Sequence record: NC_073060.1
Origin: Escherichia phage vB_EcoS_WF5505
Strand: one strand, 5' to 3'
DNA: 47,082 nucleotides
The notes beneath the pieces were generated by a model. That model ran no database searches. It was not told where the DNA came from and was given only the letters and a program-made list of their open reading frames with translations. Positions 35,769 through 45,159 of the stretch are shown in pieces (position 1 is the stretch's first letter; every line of letters starts with the position of its first letter). A program made the translations under genes and the position numbers.

Positions 35769-38060
35769 TTACTTCCTGTACCGATACATAATGTCGCCTT
35801 CGGCGGCAAGTGGGAAACCTTTCGCCCATATAGGCAGGTCACACATCAGCGCGCAAAGCTCCTCGGTCGTGTAATCGTCGGTGTCCGGCACTTCGGTGAT
35901 CAATTCATCGTGCACTGACAGGACGATTTCATAGCCCGCAGCTTCAACACCAGGCATGGACCATGCGAGAATATCGCGGCACAACGCCTGTACGATGTTC
36001 TCCGTAAGTTTGCCGCCGTAGGTGTACTGGAATCCCCACTGGCGCGTCGTCTGATTCTCGCCCTGGTATTTGATGCGGGTACTGGTGCGCTTCTTGCCGG
36101 TGTCTTCGTCAATCTCGGTAGTGACAGACAGCGCGATTCCGGGGTAGCTCATGATTCGCCCTGACGGCAACTCAACCTTCAGCCACCAGCCCGCGGCGTT
36201 CGGGTCGTCGCGTTCCTCGTCAAAGGTGGGGTCGTGCTTCGCCTTCGTGCGCACAATCTTGAGCGCTTTCTTGCCATCCGGGCGAACGTTCGCGCCAGCC
36301 CAGTATGCCTTACCTGGATTGCGTATCGCACATAACACCGCCTCCTCAAGCTCGGCCCAAAAGGCTACGGTCTTCGGGTGAGATTCACGCCACATACGTT
36401 TGATCGCGTCGCAGGTCAACCACACGTTTTTAGGCAGTATGTAAGTCGGGCGCTCGTCTTTCTTGCCGGGCTTCGGCGGGCGCTTCGCTTCGTTGATGCG
36501 GGCAAACTCATAACCGCGTTTAGCCGCCGCCCAAATATGATCGGGGAATGTTCCCTTCATGACGTCAGCCATTGCGTACAGGTCGAGGCCCAGGTTTTTA
36601 GCAAACTGCAAGAACGCCGCGACGCCGCCACCATAGCCCAGTCCCAATTCACACGCCTTACCAATCTGGCGTAGGTCTTTGCGGTTGGCTTTGATGTAGT
36701 CCGGGTCAAGGCCAAACATCTTACCGGCAGTTTCACAATAGATATCGCGTCCGGCCTTAAACACCATAAGCGCGGTTTTCTCGCCAGCGATCCAGGCAAG
36801 GCCACGCCCTTCCACGTTGGAGTAGTCCGCTACAACAAACTTCTTGCCCTTAGCCGGGATAATGCACCCGCGAACGGTCGAGGCGGTTAGCTTCGATATG
36901 TCATACGCCCAGTGCGCGGTCCCGCGTAACAGGGAGTTGATGCCGTTGGTGAGCATGTGCGACCGTACCCAAAACGAGACGTCGCTCTCACCTTCGCGGC
37001 GCTTAATCTTCCCTTCGTGGTCATCACTGTACTCGCCACGTGCCAGGTTTTGAGGCTGAAAGCCTTTACCGGCCCAGCGTAGTGTGCGCTTTGCCCCACC
37101 ATACTGAAGACAACCACGGCGGCGACCATCGGCAGAAAGACCATTGACGAGCGGATTGTATTTAGTCGATGCCGTTGATGACGCGCCGAGGCGCATTTCA
37201 ATAAGCACTTTGCCCTCGTCGGGGAAGTCTGGATCTTCCAGCAAGTCATTCAGCGTGGATTTCTGCGCGTTGTGAATGGTGAACGCCGGGGCAATATCAC
37301 GCAGGATTGGCAGGAAGTCATTACCGGTCAGTTTACCGCCGAACAGTTCCCAGGCTTCTTCCTTCAATTCTTCTTTGTGCACCTGCACCGCCTTGATCGC
37401 GGCGTTCGCCAGGTCAACGTCCACATAGAAGCCACGGTCGTTAATCAACTGGTCGATACGCAGGATTTCATCTTCCTTCGGTGAGTTGCCCCAGTCCGGT
37501 ATTCGCCAGTAGACTTCACGCATTGCGATAATATCCAGCGCGGCATAGCGCAGGAATTTAGCCCATTCTTCAGGGTGAGTCTCGCGCGTGTAGCGGCGGA
37601 TTTTGTAGGTCTTAGGGGTCGGCTTACAAAATCGCTTAATCAGCGCCTTGCCTGCCTTATCCTTCGCGTGCTCTGCGTCAACGCCCAGCACCTGGCATTG
37701 CATATCGAGGCCACCCGGCAGCGCGTGACGAAAGGCCATAATCATAGTATCTTCGATCTGGCTTACCGGCAGGTCGATACCCCACTTTTCACGGATAACC
37801 AGGCGGTCAAACAGGAGGCCGTTAGCCATCACTATTTTTGCTTTCTTGCGGGATACGCGGCGGAGCGCCTTGCGTAGTTCGCGCGGCATTGTGGGGGATT
37901 CAGTGGCGTCCCATGTCTGCACGCGGCCCTCGTCGATGGCGTAGGTGCAAATCATAATCTCGGTGGATGGGTGTTCCGCGTAGGCATACGCACCTGCTTT
38001 CTTCAGGTCTACCCCGCTAAACGTCTCGGTGTCTAGAAACAGGCGTTCGAAGTCTTTCAT
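35769..38060 (-). CDS. DNA polymerase, family A, with 3'-5' exonuclease domain
   Basis: 763 aa; N-terminal Exo I motif LFLDTETFSG; polymerase-like motifs further on; within replication gene cluster. Confidence 0.85.
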   Translation of the reverse strand: MKDFERLFLDTETFSGVDLKKAGAYAYAEHPSTEIMICTYAIDEGRVQTWDATESPTMPRELRKALRRVSRKKAKIVMANGLLFDRLVIREKWGIDLPVSQIEDTMIMAFRHALPGGLDMQCQVLGVDAEHAKDKAGKALIKRFCKPTPKTYKIRRYTRETHPEEWAKFLRYAALDIIAMREVYWRIPDWGNSPKEDEILRIDQLINDRGFYVDVDLANAAIKAVQVHKEELKEEAWELFGGKLTGNDFLPILRDIAPAFTIHNAQKSTLNDLLEDPDFPDEGKVLIEMRLGASSTASTKYNPLVNGLSADGRRRGCLQYGGAKRTLRWAGKGFQPQNLARGEYSDDHEGKIKRREGESDVSFWVRSHMLTNGINSLLRGTAHWAYDISKLTASTVRGCIIPAKGKKFVVADYSNVEGRGLAWIAGEKTALMVFKAGRDIYCETAGKMFGLDPDYIKANRKDLRQIGKACELGLGYGGGVAAFLQFAKNLGLDLYAMADVMKGTFPDHIWAAAKRGYEFARINEAKRPPKPGKKDERPTYILPKNVWLTCDAIKRMWRESHPKTVAFWAELEEAVLCAIRNPGKAYWAGANVRPDGKKALKIVRTKAKHDPTFDEERDDPNAAGWWLKVELPSGRIMSYPGIALSVTTEIDEDTGKKRTSTRIKYQGENQTTRQWGFQYTYGGKLTENIVQALCRDILAWSMPGVEAAGYEIVLSVHDELITEVPDTDDYTTEELCALMCDLPIWAKGFPLAAEGDIMYRYRK

Positions 38061-38227
38061 TGCTTTATCCTCACAACGGCGTCAGCGCTGCCGATCATGG
38101 AGAAGATACCGTCGGAAAGGGCAATCTCTTCGCCGTTGTTGCGAATCTCGGCAACGGTAAAATACTCACCCAGCAATTTGGACCACACACGCATTCCGAC
38201 TTTTACTTCACTGGCTTTAATACGCAT
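38057..38227 (-). CDS. Small hypothetical protein (56 aa) coupled to polymerase
   Basis: ATG at 38227, stop overlaps polymerase start (ATGA); below track cut-off; terminator just upstream. Confidence 0.35.
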   Translation of the reverse strand: MRIKASEVKVGMRVWSKLLGEYFTVAEIRNNGEEIALSDGIFSMIGSADAVVRIKQ

Positions 38228-38243
38228 TTTTCATTGTCCTAAT

Positions 38244-38268
38244 AAAAAGCCCGCATTAAGCGGGCTTG
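38244..38268 (-). terminator. Rho-independent terminator (minus strand)
   Basis: AAGCCCGC-TTAAT-GCGGGCTT hairpin followed on minus strand by TTTTTATT; after SSB-like gene. Confidence 0.6.
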
Positions 38269-38285
38269 AATAGTGGGCTTTGCCC

Positions 38286-39074
38286 TTAGCGGCGGCGACG
38301 TTTACGTGGTGCTTCGTCTTCGTCGTCTTCGCCCTCATCTTCGTCATCGCGGGACTTACGACGCTTGCGAGGTTTCTCATCTTCCTCGTCTTCGTCATCG
38401 TCGTCGCGGCGCTTGTACTTCTTGGACTTGCGCGGCTTATCATCTTCGTCATCGTCATCGCGACGTTTGGACTTCTTAGCCTTGCGCGGTGCTTCATCTT
38501 CGTCATCGTCGCCCAGGTCGTCATCGGAACAAGAAGACCCGCCGCCACCGAAGGAATCACCATCATCACGGAAGCGAAGACCCATCAAACCGGCACCGAG
38601 TCCTTTACCGTTGGTGTTGTTCCACGCCCAAATATCCAGGGACACGTTGCAATAACAACCGGAATAGATTTCCTGGCCTTCGATCTCGTCGCCGTCGATG
38701 GTCAGACCCTGTTCGGTCTGCTTCTCGCCCAGTGACGTTTGGATGTTAGGCTGTTTGAACGATTTGGCGTTGATGTACAGCATGCCTTCAAACTCTTCGG
38801 TTACTTCGTCGCGCTCATCACCGTCGCGAACTGCGCATTCCTTAGAATCCTGGGCGTAGTGGCGGTCCATCCACTTATCGGCGTTCTTCTCGGATTTCAG
38901 CTTGTCGGTGAGCACTGCGCGCGCTGCCGCTTCCACTTTGTCCACCTGCGGATCTTCTTTATCAAGAAGAATCACGGCACGGTATGCCGGTTTTTGTCCA
39001 TCCTGTTTAGGGGTATCACGTTCCCAAATTTTCAGGAAGCATACGCGCACGTTTTTCAGGTTGACTTTAGCCAT
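38286..39074 (-). CDS. Putative ssDNA-binding protein (DUF2815-like) with charged repeat tail
   Basis: N-terminus MAKVNLKNVRVCF; C-terminal about 80 aa of alternating (D/E)n and PRK-KK-KRR blocks; adjacent to polymerase and nuclease. Confidence 0.5.
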   Translation of the reverse strand: MAKVNLKNVRVCFLKIWERDTPKQDGQKPAYRAVILLDKEDPQVDKVEAAARAVLTDKLKSEKNADKWMDRHYAQDSKECAVRDGDERDEVTEEFEGMLYINAKSFKQPNIQTSLGEKQTEQGLTIDGDEIEGQEIYSGCYCNVSLDIWAWNNTNGKGLGAGLMGLRFRDDGDSFGGGGSSCSDDDLGDDDEDEAPRKAKKSKRRDDDDEDDKPRKSKKYKRRDDDDEDEEDEKPRKRRKSRDDEDEGEDDEDEAPRKRRRR

Positions 39075-39163
39075 TTTTCATTTCCTCATTTCGCATGTAT
39101 CGGGGTTATTGTGAGCCACCCCGTTCGGCTTGGTTGCTAATTTACTTGGTTGCGCCTAAGCGG

Positions 39164-39406
39164 TCAAGCACTTTTATTAAAAAGATTTCGGGTCACGTAG
39201 TCGGAGGCGTTCTCGATCCAGCTTAACGGCGGGCGGTCTTTATGCTTTAACACCCAGTCTACGGCAACGTCACTGTAGCCATCGTCCAGCCAGCGGGATG
39301 GATGGCGAATCATCCAGGCCACCATTAACACGCCTTGCACGCAATGCAGGATAAATCCCAGCGCGCCGAGCATAATCATCAATACGAATGCAAATACCTT
39401 ATTCAT
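39164..39406 (-). CDS. Small membrane protein (80 aa)
   Basis: Two hydrophobic helices (FAFVLMIMLGALGFILHCV, VLMVAWMI). Confidence 0.45.
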   Translation of the reverse strand: MNKVFAFVLMIMLGALGFILHCVQGVLMVAWMIRHPSRWLDDGYSDVAVDWVLKHKDRPPLSWIENASDYVTRNLFNKSA

Positions 39407-40799
39407 TGCTTAAGTCCTCGTCAGTAGCTTCAGACCACGCGGGGCGCGGGTCATCGATTGGTGCCAACACCGGTTTAGCCGGTGCGCGCGTGATTTTATC
39501 ACACAATTTCGCCCACACTTTCGGTTTCTCGTCCTTCAATACCTTCTCGGCATCGGTAGGACTGAGTAATGTTTCTTTATACATTACGTCACGCTTGATC
39601 CGGGCCTTCGTGAAGACTTCAATCACTTCGCTCTCATCCGCCCACTTGCGAATCCCTTCCTTACCGGCAACCATCTTGAGGCCCAGCGATTCACCATCGC
39701 CCGCCATTACGGCCTTGAATACCGCGGACTCGATAGCCTTGATGTGCTGGCGCATTGCGTCAAGACCTTCATATGCCTTGCGCAGTTCCGCCGCGCTCAT
39801 AGCGCCTGGTGCTTCTTCTTCTTTCTTGCCACGCTTCGCACGTCGTGCCGCTTTCCGGGCTTCGCGATCGGTAGCCTTCGGTGCTTCGTCCGCCAGGTCG
39901 TCGTCTGTTGCCGTTGGTGGGGTCATCGTGTCGATGGCGGCCTTAGCGCGGGCACTACACTGATCCGCAAATCTACACCACTGACAGGCATCAACGCTCG
40001 GTCGGAAGTCGGCACGGGTAAGTCCCTTCTTGCCGCGGGAATACGCGTCCAGTGCGTCAATAGCACGCTTGGATGCAAACTTCGCGAATATCTCCAGCGC
40101 TTCCACGGTAATATCCCACTCCGACGCCCCGCCGCAATACGGCTGGAAGATTACCAGGCGAACGGTTGTAATGTCGTACATGGTTTGCAGCTTGCGCAGC
40201 AGGCCCAGCGCGTACAACATAAGCTGTTTGTTTTCTTTCGCCTCGACCTTATGTCGCCCGGTCTTCAGGTCGCCAACAATAAGCATGTACGTGCCGTCGG
40301 TCTTCTTCATGACCATGACCATATCCGCAGTGCCGAACGTCTTAACCCTGTTGCCGTCTATCTCGAAGCCGGGGTGCAAGATGCGGGTGAGATCGGCGCG
40401 CATTTCAAGCTGGACAAACTCCGCCACTTCAAGGAGCGGTCGCCAGTGGTCGATGTACGCGTCACACTGTTTCACCATATCGTCGTTGACCAGTACGCCG
40501 CCTTTCGGTGCTTTCGGGTGCGCCTTTACCGGCCCCTTACCTTCGTTCTCAACGTAACACCCTTTGTACGTCTTCGCGGATAGCTTCTTCTCTCCGGCAA
40601 TGATGCGGTTTAGCACGACTTCTGATACGGTGTGCATACTCGTACCGTTAATCGCAGCTTGCCCGGATTCGTTCGGGATACCTTTTTCGACTACCAGGGC
40701 GGCGGGGCACCCCATCCATTTTTTAGATCCCGATGGCCCGAGTAATGAGTGTTCGGTATTGCTACCGGATTGCGTTTTGCGCTTTGGTTTAATAGCCAT
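39399..40799 (-). CDS. RecB/Cas4-like PD-(D/E)XK exonuclease (DUF2800-like)
   Basis: 466 aa; C-terminal Cys cluster CQWCRFADQC; family assignment from recalled domain architecture. Confidence 0.55.
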   Translation of the reverse strand: MAIKPKRKTQSGSNTEHSLLGPSGSKKWMGCPAALVVEKGIPNESGQAAINGTSMHTVSEVVLNRIIAGEKKLSAKTYKGCYVENEGKGPVKAHPKAPKGGVLVNDDMVKQCDAYIDHWRPLLEVAEFVQLEMRADLTRILHPGFEIDGNRVKTFGTADMVMVMKKTDGTYMLIVGDLKTGRHKVEAKENKQLMLYALGLLRKLQTMYDITTVRLVIFQPYCGGASEWDITVEALEIFAKFASKRAIDALDAYSRGKKGLTRADFRPSVDACQWCRFADQCSARAKAAIDTMTPPTATDDDLADEAPKATDREARKAARRAKRGKKEEEAPGAMSAAELRKAYEGLDAMRQHIKAIESAVFKAVMAGDGESLGLKMVAGKEGIRKWADESEVIEVFTKARIKRDVMYKETLLSPTDAEKVLKDEKPKVWAKLCDKITRAPAKPVLAPIDDPRPAWSEATDEDLSNE

Positions 40800-40984
40800 T
40801 ATTCCACCCTTGTAAACTGGACAATTACATATTTACAGATATTAGCCATTCCCGCCTGTTCGACACGGCGGTGCACTTCATGCTGCGCATCTATCCAGCA
40901 CATCGAGGCGTCATGGTTAACAACCATAAAAGAGAAGTGGTCGTTTGTTTTGTGGCAAGTTGCCAGCACGAAGAATTTAGCCAT
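40799..40984 (-). CDS. Hypothetical protein (about 61 aa)
   Basis: Start MAKFFVLATCH within track ORF 40799-40999, overlapping upstream stop. Confidence 0.4.
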   Translation of the reverse strand: MAKFFVLATCHKTNDHFSFMVVNHDASMCWIDAQHEVHRRVEQAGMANICKYVIVQFTRVE

Positions 40985-41235
40985 TATTTCGTCTCCCAAC
41001 GGTCAATTACTTTTTCCTCCGACGATACGGCAAAGCGAACATATTCCAGATTGGAGTCCGCCCAAATATAGAAGTCGGGGTTAGTAAATGTGGTGCGCTT
41101 AATTTGCGCGGGGTTATCGCGGCGTTTATCTATTACGGCAACGCGTGATTTAAAGTTGCCGGTACGTTCGAATAGCCAATAATAAGGGCGCTGGTCGCGT
41201 GAATCCACCGCCTCGATTAGCGTGAAGCGTGCCAT
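40984..41235 (-). CDS. Hypothetical protein (83 aa)
   Basis: Track ORF. Confidence 0.45.
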   Translation of the reverse strand: MARFTLIEAVDSRDQRPYYWLFERTGNFKSRVAVIDKRRDNPAQIKRTTFTNPDFYIWADSNLEYVRFAVSSEEKVIDRWETK

Positions 41236-41283
41236 TGTCTCGTCCTCTAAAAATAGGCCCGCAGATTAGCGGGCCGGATAATA

Positions 41284-41805
41284 TTAATCTTCTAATTCGA
41301 AATACGTTTCTACGATTTCTTTTAAATCTTTGTGGAAGTCTTCGACGTCGTCATCTTCCAGCTTGGCAACGGATTTAATTTCGAACGCTTCCAGCAGATC
41401 ATCAAATTCGTCGTTTGCGTCGTCGTCATCACCGCCCGCAATAATAGCGGCATACTGCTTGATTTCGTCGCGCATTTCTTTCAGCGGATCGGCATCTTTC
41501 TTGCCTTTACCTTTCGCCGGTGCTTTCTTAGACTTCGCTGGGGCTTCTTCTTCGTCGTCCGCGTCGTCGTCTTCTTCTACGGCTTCTTTCTTAGCCTTGC
41601 CCTTAGCCGGGGCTTTTTTGGTCTTAGCCGGAGCTTCGTCTTCAGCGTCGTCATCTTCGACCACTTCTTCTTTCGCCTTGCCATTAGCCGGGGCTTTCTT
41701 CGCTTCCTGTTTACCAACGGCAGCGCCAGCAGTTTCATAATGCTTAGCGATTACTTCCAGTGCTACTACGCCGCGTGTGATCAGGTTTACGATTTGCTCA
41801 AACAT
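41284..41805 (-). CDS. Hypothetical acidic protein with tandem charged repeats (173 aa)
   Basis: Two copies of (D/E)n-EAPAK-KKAPAKGK-KK, then acidic C-terminus; first gene of the minus-strand module. Confidence 0.55.
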   Translation of the reverse strand: MFEQIVNLITRGVVALEVIAKHYETAGAAVGKQEAKKAPANGKAKEEVVEDDDAEDEAPAKTKKAPAKGKAKKEAVEEDDDADDEEEAPAKSKKAPAKGKGKKDADPLKEMRDEIKQYAAIIAGGDDDDANDEFDDLLEAFEIKSVAKLEDDDVEDFHKDLKEIVETYFELED

Positions 41806-41906
41806 GGTATATCTCCGATTGGTTAATTTAAGTGTTCGGTGCGGTGTGCCCCGTCAACGAGGTGAATAATAGATTGGTTGCAGGCGGGGTGTCAACAACT
41901 AATTTC

Positions 41907-41942
41907 AAAAAAAAAAGCGCCGAGGCAAAATGCGACGGCGCT
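41907..41942 (-). terminator. Rho-independent terminator (minus strand) in divergent intergenic region
   Basis: On minus strand AGCGCCG-loop-CGGCGCT followed by T10; lies upstream of the 41805 start. Confidence 0.55.
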
Positions 41943-42012
41943 AACCAATAAGAGACAATGAGACGTGATTATTATTACACGCGTGCGCGCCCGTTTCAAT
42001 ATTCAAAAGGAG

Positions 42013-42041
42013 TTGACACCCTGCAATTTTAGGTGTAGTTT
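42013..42041 (+). promoter_or_regulatory. Candidate sigma70 promoter for HTH regulator gene
   Basis: Consensus -35 TTGACA (42013-42018), 17-bp spacer, -10-like TAGTTT; about 30 bp upstream of ATG 42073. Confidence 0.4.
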
Positions 42042-42072
42042 CGTTGGTCATTAACCAATAGGAGACAGAACA

Positions 42073-42402
42073 ATGCATATCAACGACGCAATCGAAATGT
42101 TAACCAATGCTGTTAGCGGTGAGACAAGCCGGTCCTGGGCTTATACCGATGCCGTGGGTGAGGTGCTATTTGAAATCGAACGTCTGCGCAGTGTCGAAAA
42201 AGAATTGCGCGCCAAGCTGGAATTGCTAAACGGTACGGCAGCAAGCAAGTTGCAAAAGCACAATGAAGAAATGGAAGAATACAAAAAGCAGGTTATCCGT
42301 TTGCGCGACGAGGGCAAGTCCTGGGCGATGATTGCCGAGTTGACCGGAATTAATCAAAGCACCGTGCGCTCCTGGGTACGCAATAATAAAACTTCTAAGT
42401 AA
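42073..42402 (+). CDS. HTH DNA-binding protein (putative transcriptional regulator)
   Basis: 109 aa; C-terminal HTH-like SWAMIAELTGINQSTVRSWV; N-terminal coiled-coil-like region. Confidence 0.6.
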   Translation: MHINDAIEMLTNAVSGETSRSWAYTDAVGEVLFEIERLRSVEKELRAKLELLNGTAASKLQKHNEEMEEYKKQVIRLRDEGKSWAMIAELTGINQSTVRSWVRNNKTSK

Positions 42403-42412
42403 GGCATCGGCA

Positions 42413-44677
42413 ATGAGCTTAATTAAATTCGCAGTAACAAGACCCGCTAAAAAAGGCGAAAAAGCCAGGGCGGAAAACTTCGAGATGACCACTGATGAAT
42501 TTTTCGAATTTATCAATGATGCAAAAGAAATCTCGTCGGTGCATATCAACAAGACAGAAGATAAAGCCGAGTATGCGCGCCGCAAGCGTAAGGCCGATGG
42601 TATCGTGGCATATACCAATGACGGATTACGCCGCAAGACCAGTGCGGTCGACCGCTCGATCCTGTTCTTCGATATCGACCGTACTGACACCCGCACTTTA
42701 CGCCGCTGCCGTAAGGCGTTCACCGACGCTGGTCTGGAGCATGTATTTCACACCACGACCGGCGACCGTCACCCGTTGAAAGGCGGAACACGTTGCGCCC
42801 GTTTCCTGGTGCTCACTGATAAGCCTGTACCGGCGGAAGACCTGGGCCGCGTCCAGTATGCATTGTTAGACCAACTGGGCCTGTCAGATGTGGACTTCGA
42901 CGATTGTACAAAAGACACAAACCGCCTTATGTACCTGCCTCACCAGCAGTCTGTCATAAAGTGCCATTATGGCAAGCGCGCCCGTGTCCGTCGTCTGCTT
43001 CGCCTGGCTGACAAGCTGGGAGTTGAGAAAGAGGAAGTGCGCCGCGAACTGACCCAGGGCGACGATGGCGTGGCGGACGGGATTCTGGACTGGTGCTTCC
43101 AGGCTGGCTTTGAACCACTGTCATCCGGTCGCGGTTATGAAGTGCCGTGCCCGAATGAGCACCTGCATAGCGGTGAAGGGTCGACGGCTATCATGGTTAA
43201 GGATGGCGAGATCCGTTTCAAGTGTATGCACACCGGCAACGAATGCTGTTCCGAACTGAATAAACACCAGCACCTGGCGTTACGTCTGATCGGTATCCCG
43301 GACCACTTGAACGTCGAACCACACAACATGTCACGCAAGCAAATCGCCGCCATCCTTCCTGGACTGGACGACGAGGAAGTGGAATCGTGCTACGAGCATA
43401 TTGTTGATGCGGTCGGAGACGGCGACGAGTACGGCGAATGCACCGACGCTGACCTGGACAACGAGCCGGTCGCACTGTTCAGTAAGCACGACCCGATTAT
43501 CGAAGGCCTGGTCAACTTCAAATCGACCTGGTATATGGCGGGTGAGTCGAACATTGGTAAGTCGTTCTACGTGCTGGGCCAGATGGGCGCTGTTGCCGCG
43601 GGCATTCCGTTCGGCGGCGCGAAGGTCGTCCAGTCGCATTGCTTCTATTTCGATGCGGAAGGCGGCGAAGCCTCCAACCAGCGTAAAGAAGCATTGCAGA
43701 TCAAATATGAGCACGACCTCGACAAGCTGCACATTATCGACCTGCAATCACGCGGCTGGGATATTACCAGCAAGTCAGGCTTGCGCGAGGTTATCAGCTT
43801 TATCAACCGCACCGCTAACGGGGAGCCGGTTGGCCTGGTGGCCTTCGACTCACTCAACCAGACTGTAGCGCTGCGGTCCGCTGATGCCAAACCGTTCGAC
43901 GAGAACAACGCAAGCGATATGGGCGAAGTGGTCAAGGCGCTGAAGTCCATTGCGGAAAATACAGGTGGCAGTGCGGGCGTCATCCATCACCCGGCTAAGG
44001 GTGCAAACGGCAGCAGGTCACCACGCGGGTCCGGCGCGCTTCATGGTGCTGTAGATTCTGCGTTCTTCCTGGAACAGCCGGACGATAATCAGCCAGGCCA
44101 GCTTAACCTGTATCACGAAAAGTCACGTAACGGCATCAAGCAAGCGCCGCGTGGCTTCGTCCTGCTCAAGTGCAAAGTTAAGGTGGATCTCCGTAAGTCT
44201 GATGCGTTCGAAGCCCACCAGTCCACCAGCACCGGGCCAGACTTCGGCGATGTGGTTGCCGGTTGGGACGTCAAGCCAATTGCATCCACGCCACGCGACG
44301 AGACTCTCTACCTCGTACCGGTCGCCCTGGCACCGTTCGCTATCGAACAGGCTAAGGCAGCAGGCAAGGCAGCAGTTAAGGAAGAGAACACCGCCGGACC
44401 GCGCAACGAGAAAGAGAAGGTGCTTTATGCGGCACTGGAAAAACTGATGGAAGATAACCCGGACCATACTGGATTCAGTAAATCGGCAATTGTCCGCCAG
44501 GCTGGACTTGCGAAAGGTGGCACATCGACGAAGGCAATCGACGATATGGTAGAGCGCGGAGTGCTCGGATTTTATACAGACCCACACACCGGGGCCATCT
44601 ATGGGTCGTCGAATTTAGTCATCAAATCGGATATACCCATCACGCTTTCAGCGACCGATGACGACCTGAAAGATTAA
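42413..44677 (+). CDS. DNA primase / replicative helicase
   Basis: 754 aa; Cys/His cluster CPNEHLHSGEG...KCMHTGNECC; C-terminal Walker A GESNIGKS; coupled to HTH gene. Confidence 0.7.
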   Translation: MSLIKFAVTRPAKKGEKARAENFEMTTDEFFEFINDAKEISSVHINKTEDKAEYARRKRKADGIVAYTNDGLRRKTSAVDRSILFFDIDRTDTRTLRRCRKAFTDAGLEHVFHTTTGDRHPLKGGTRCARFLVLTDKPVPAEDLGRVQYALLDQLGLSDVDFDDCTKDTNRLMYLPHQQSVIKCHYGKRARVRRLLRLADKLGVEKEEVRRELTQGDDGVADGILDWCFQAGFEPLSSGRGYEVPCPNEHLHSGEGSTAIMVKDGEIRFKCMHTGNECCSELNKHQHLALRLIGIPDHLNVEPHNMSRKQIAAILPGLDDEEVESCYEHIVDAVGDGDEYGECTDADLDNEPVALFSKHDPIIEGLVNFKSTWYMAGESNIGKSFYVLGQMGAVAAGIPFGGAKVVQSHCFYFDAEGGEASNQRKEALQIKYEHDLDKLHIIDLQSRGWDITSKSGLREVISFINRTANGEPVGLVAFDSLNQTVALRSADAKPFDENNASDMGEVVKALKSIAENTGGSAGVIHHPAKGANGSRSPRGSGALHGAVDSAFFLEQPDDNQPGQLNLYHEKSRNGIKQAPRGFVLLKCKVKVDLRKSDAFEAHQSTSTGPDFGDVVAGWDVKPIASTPRDETLYLVPVALAPFAIEQAKAAGKAAVKEENTAGPRNEKEKVLYAALEKLMEDNPDHTGFSKSAIVRQAGLAKGGTSTKAIDDMVERGVLGFYTDPHTGAIYGSSNLVIKSDIPITLSATDDDLKD

Positions 44678-44769
44678 ATTTTGCGCGCATTGGTTGCCAT
44701 TTTGAGTGTTTTTAGCTGGCCGCATTGGTTGCCGTGTAGTGTAAATATAGTGAATAGTTATGCAGTTTT

Positions 44770-44945
44770 ATTGCATAAAACAAACGGGACAAAAAGCGGG
44801 ACAGACAGGGGGCGGGACAAAGCGGGACAGCACCCCTGTCCCGCCCCGGATTACGCGGCTTGCAGGGGTGCGGGACAGGCGGGACAAACCCCAGTCTTTC
44901 AGACTAGACGGGGGTCAGTTGGCCCCCCTCGTCTGAGACTGCATA
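44770..44945. repeat. Non-coding iteron element B
   Basis: TGCATAAAACAAACGGGACA..., four or more GCGGGACA repeats, GC hairpin; about 85-90% identical to 17476-17645; after primase-helicase and before right terminal repeat. Confidence 0.8.
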
Positions 44946-45159
44946 AAATCCTGGATTGCATAATGCACGGCAGCATGATGAGAATTGCGGTCGTTGATGA
45001 ACTAGGCAACCAATGCGAGTTGGATAATGGAGAGTGAAAAATGCAGTTTGCAGTTACAGCAGATAGCGATCAACTTTTTCATACGCATGATTAATATTGG
45101 TTGCATTCAGCCTGGCACCCTGCTAGATTGGTTGCACACCAACGAGAGGACCAAACAAA

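Noticed and set aside
39744-40583. 279-aa plus-strand ORF antisense to the RecB/Cas4-like nuclease gene
   Set aside because: Antisense to a long gene in an entirely minus-strand module; Cys/Arg-rich artefactual composition.
44681-45037. 118-aa ORF (and related 63-aa ORF 17452-17643) translating across the iteron elements
   Set aside because: Similarity between the two is at DNA-repeat level; low-complexity Gly/Arg/Gln-rich products and no RBS. Kept as an open question because the divergent core preserves length.
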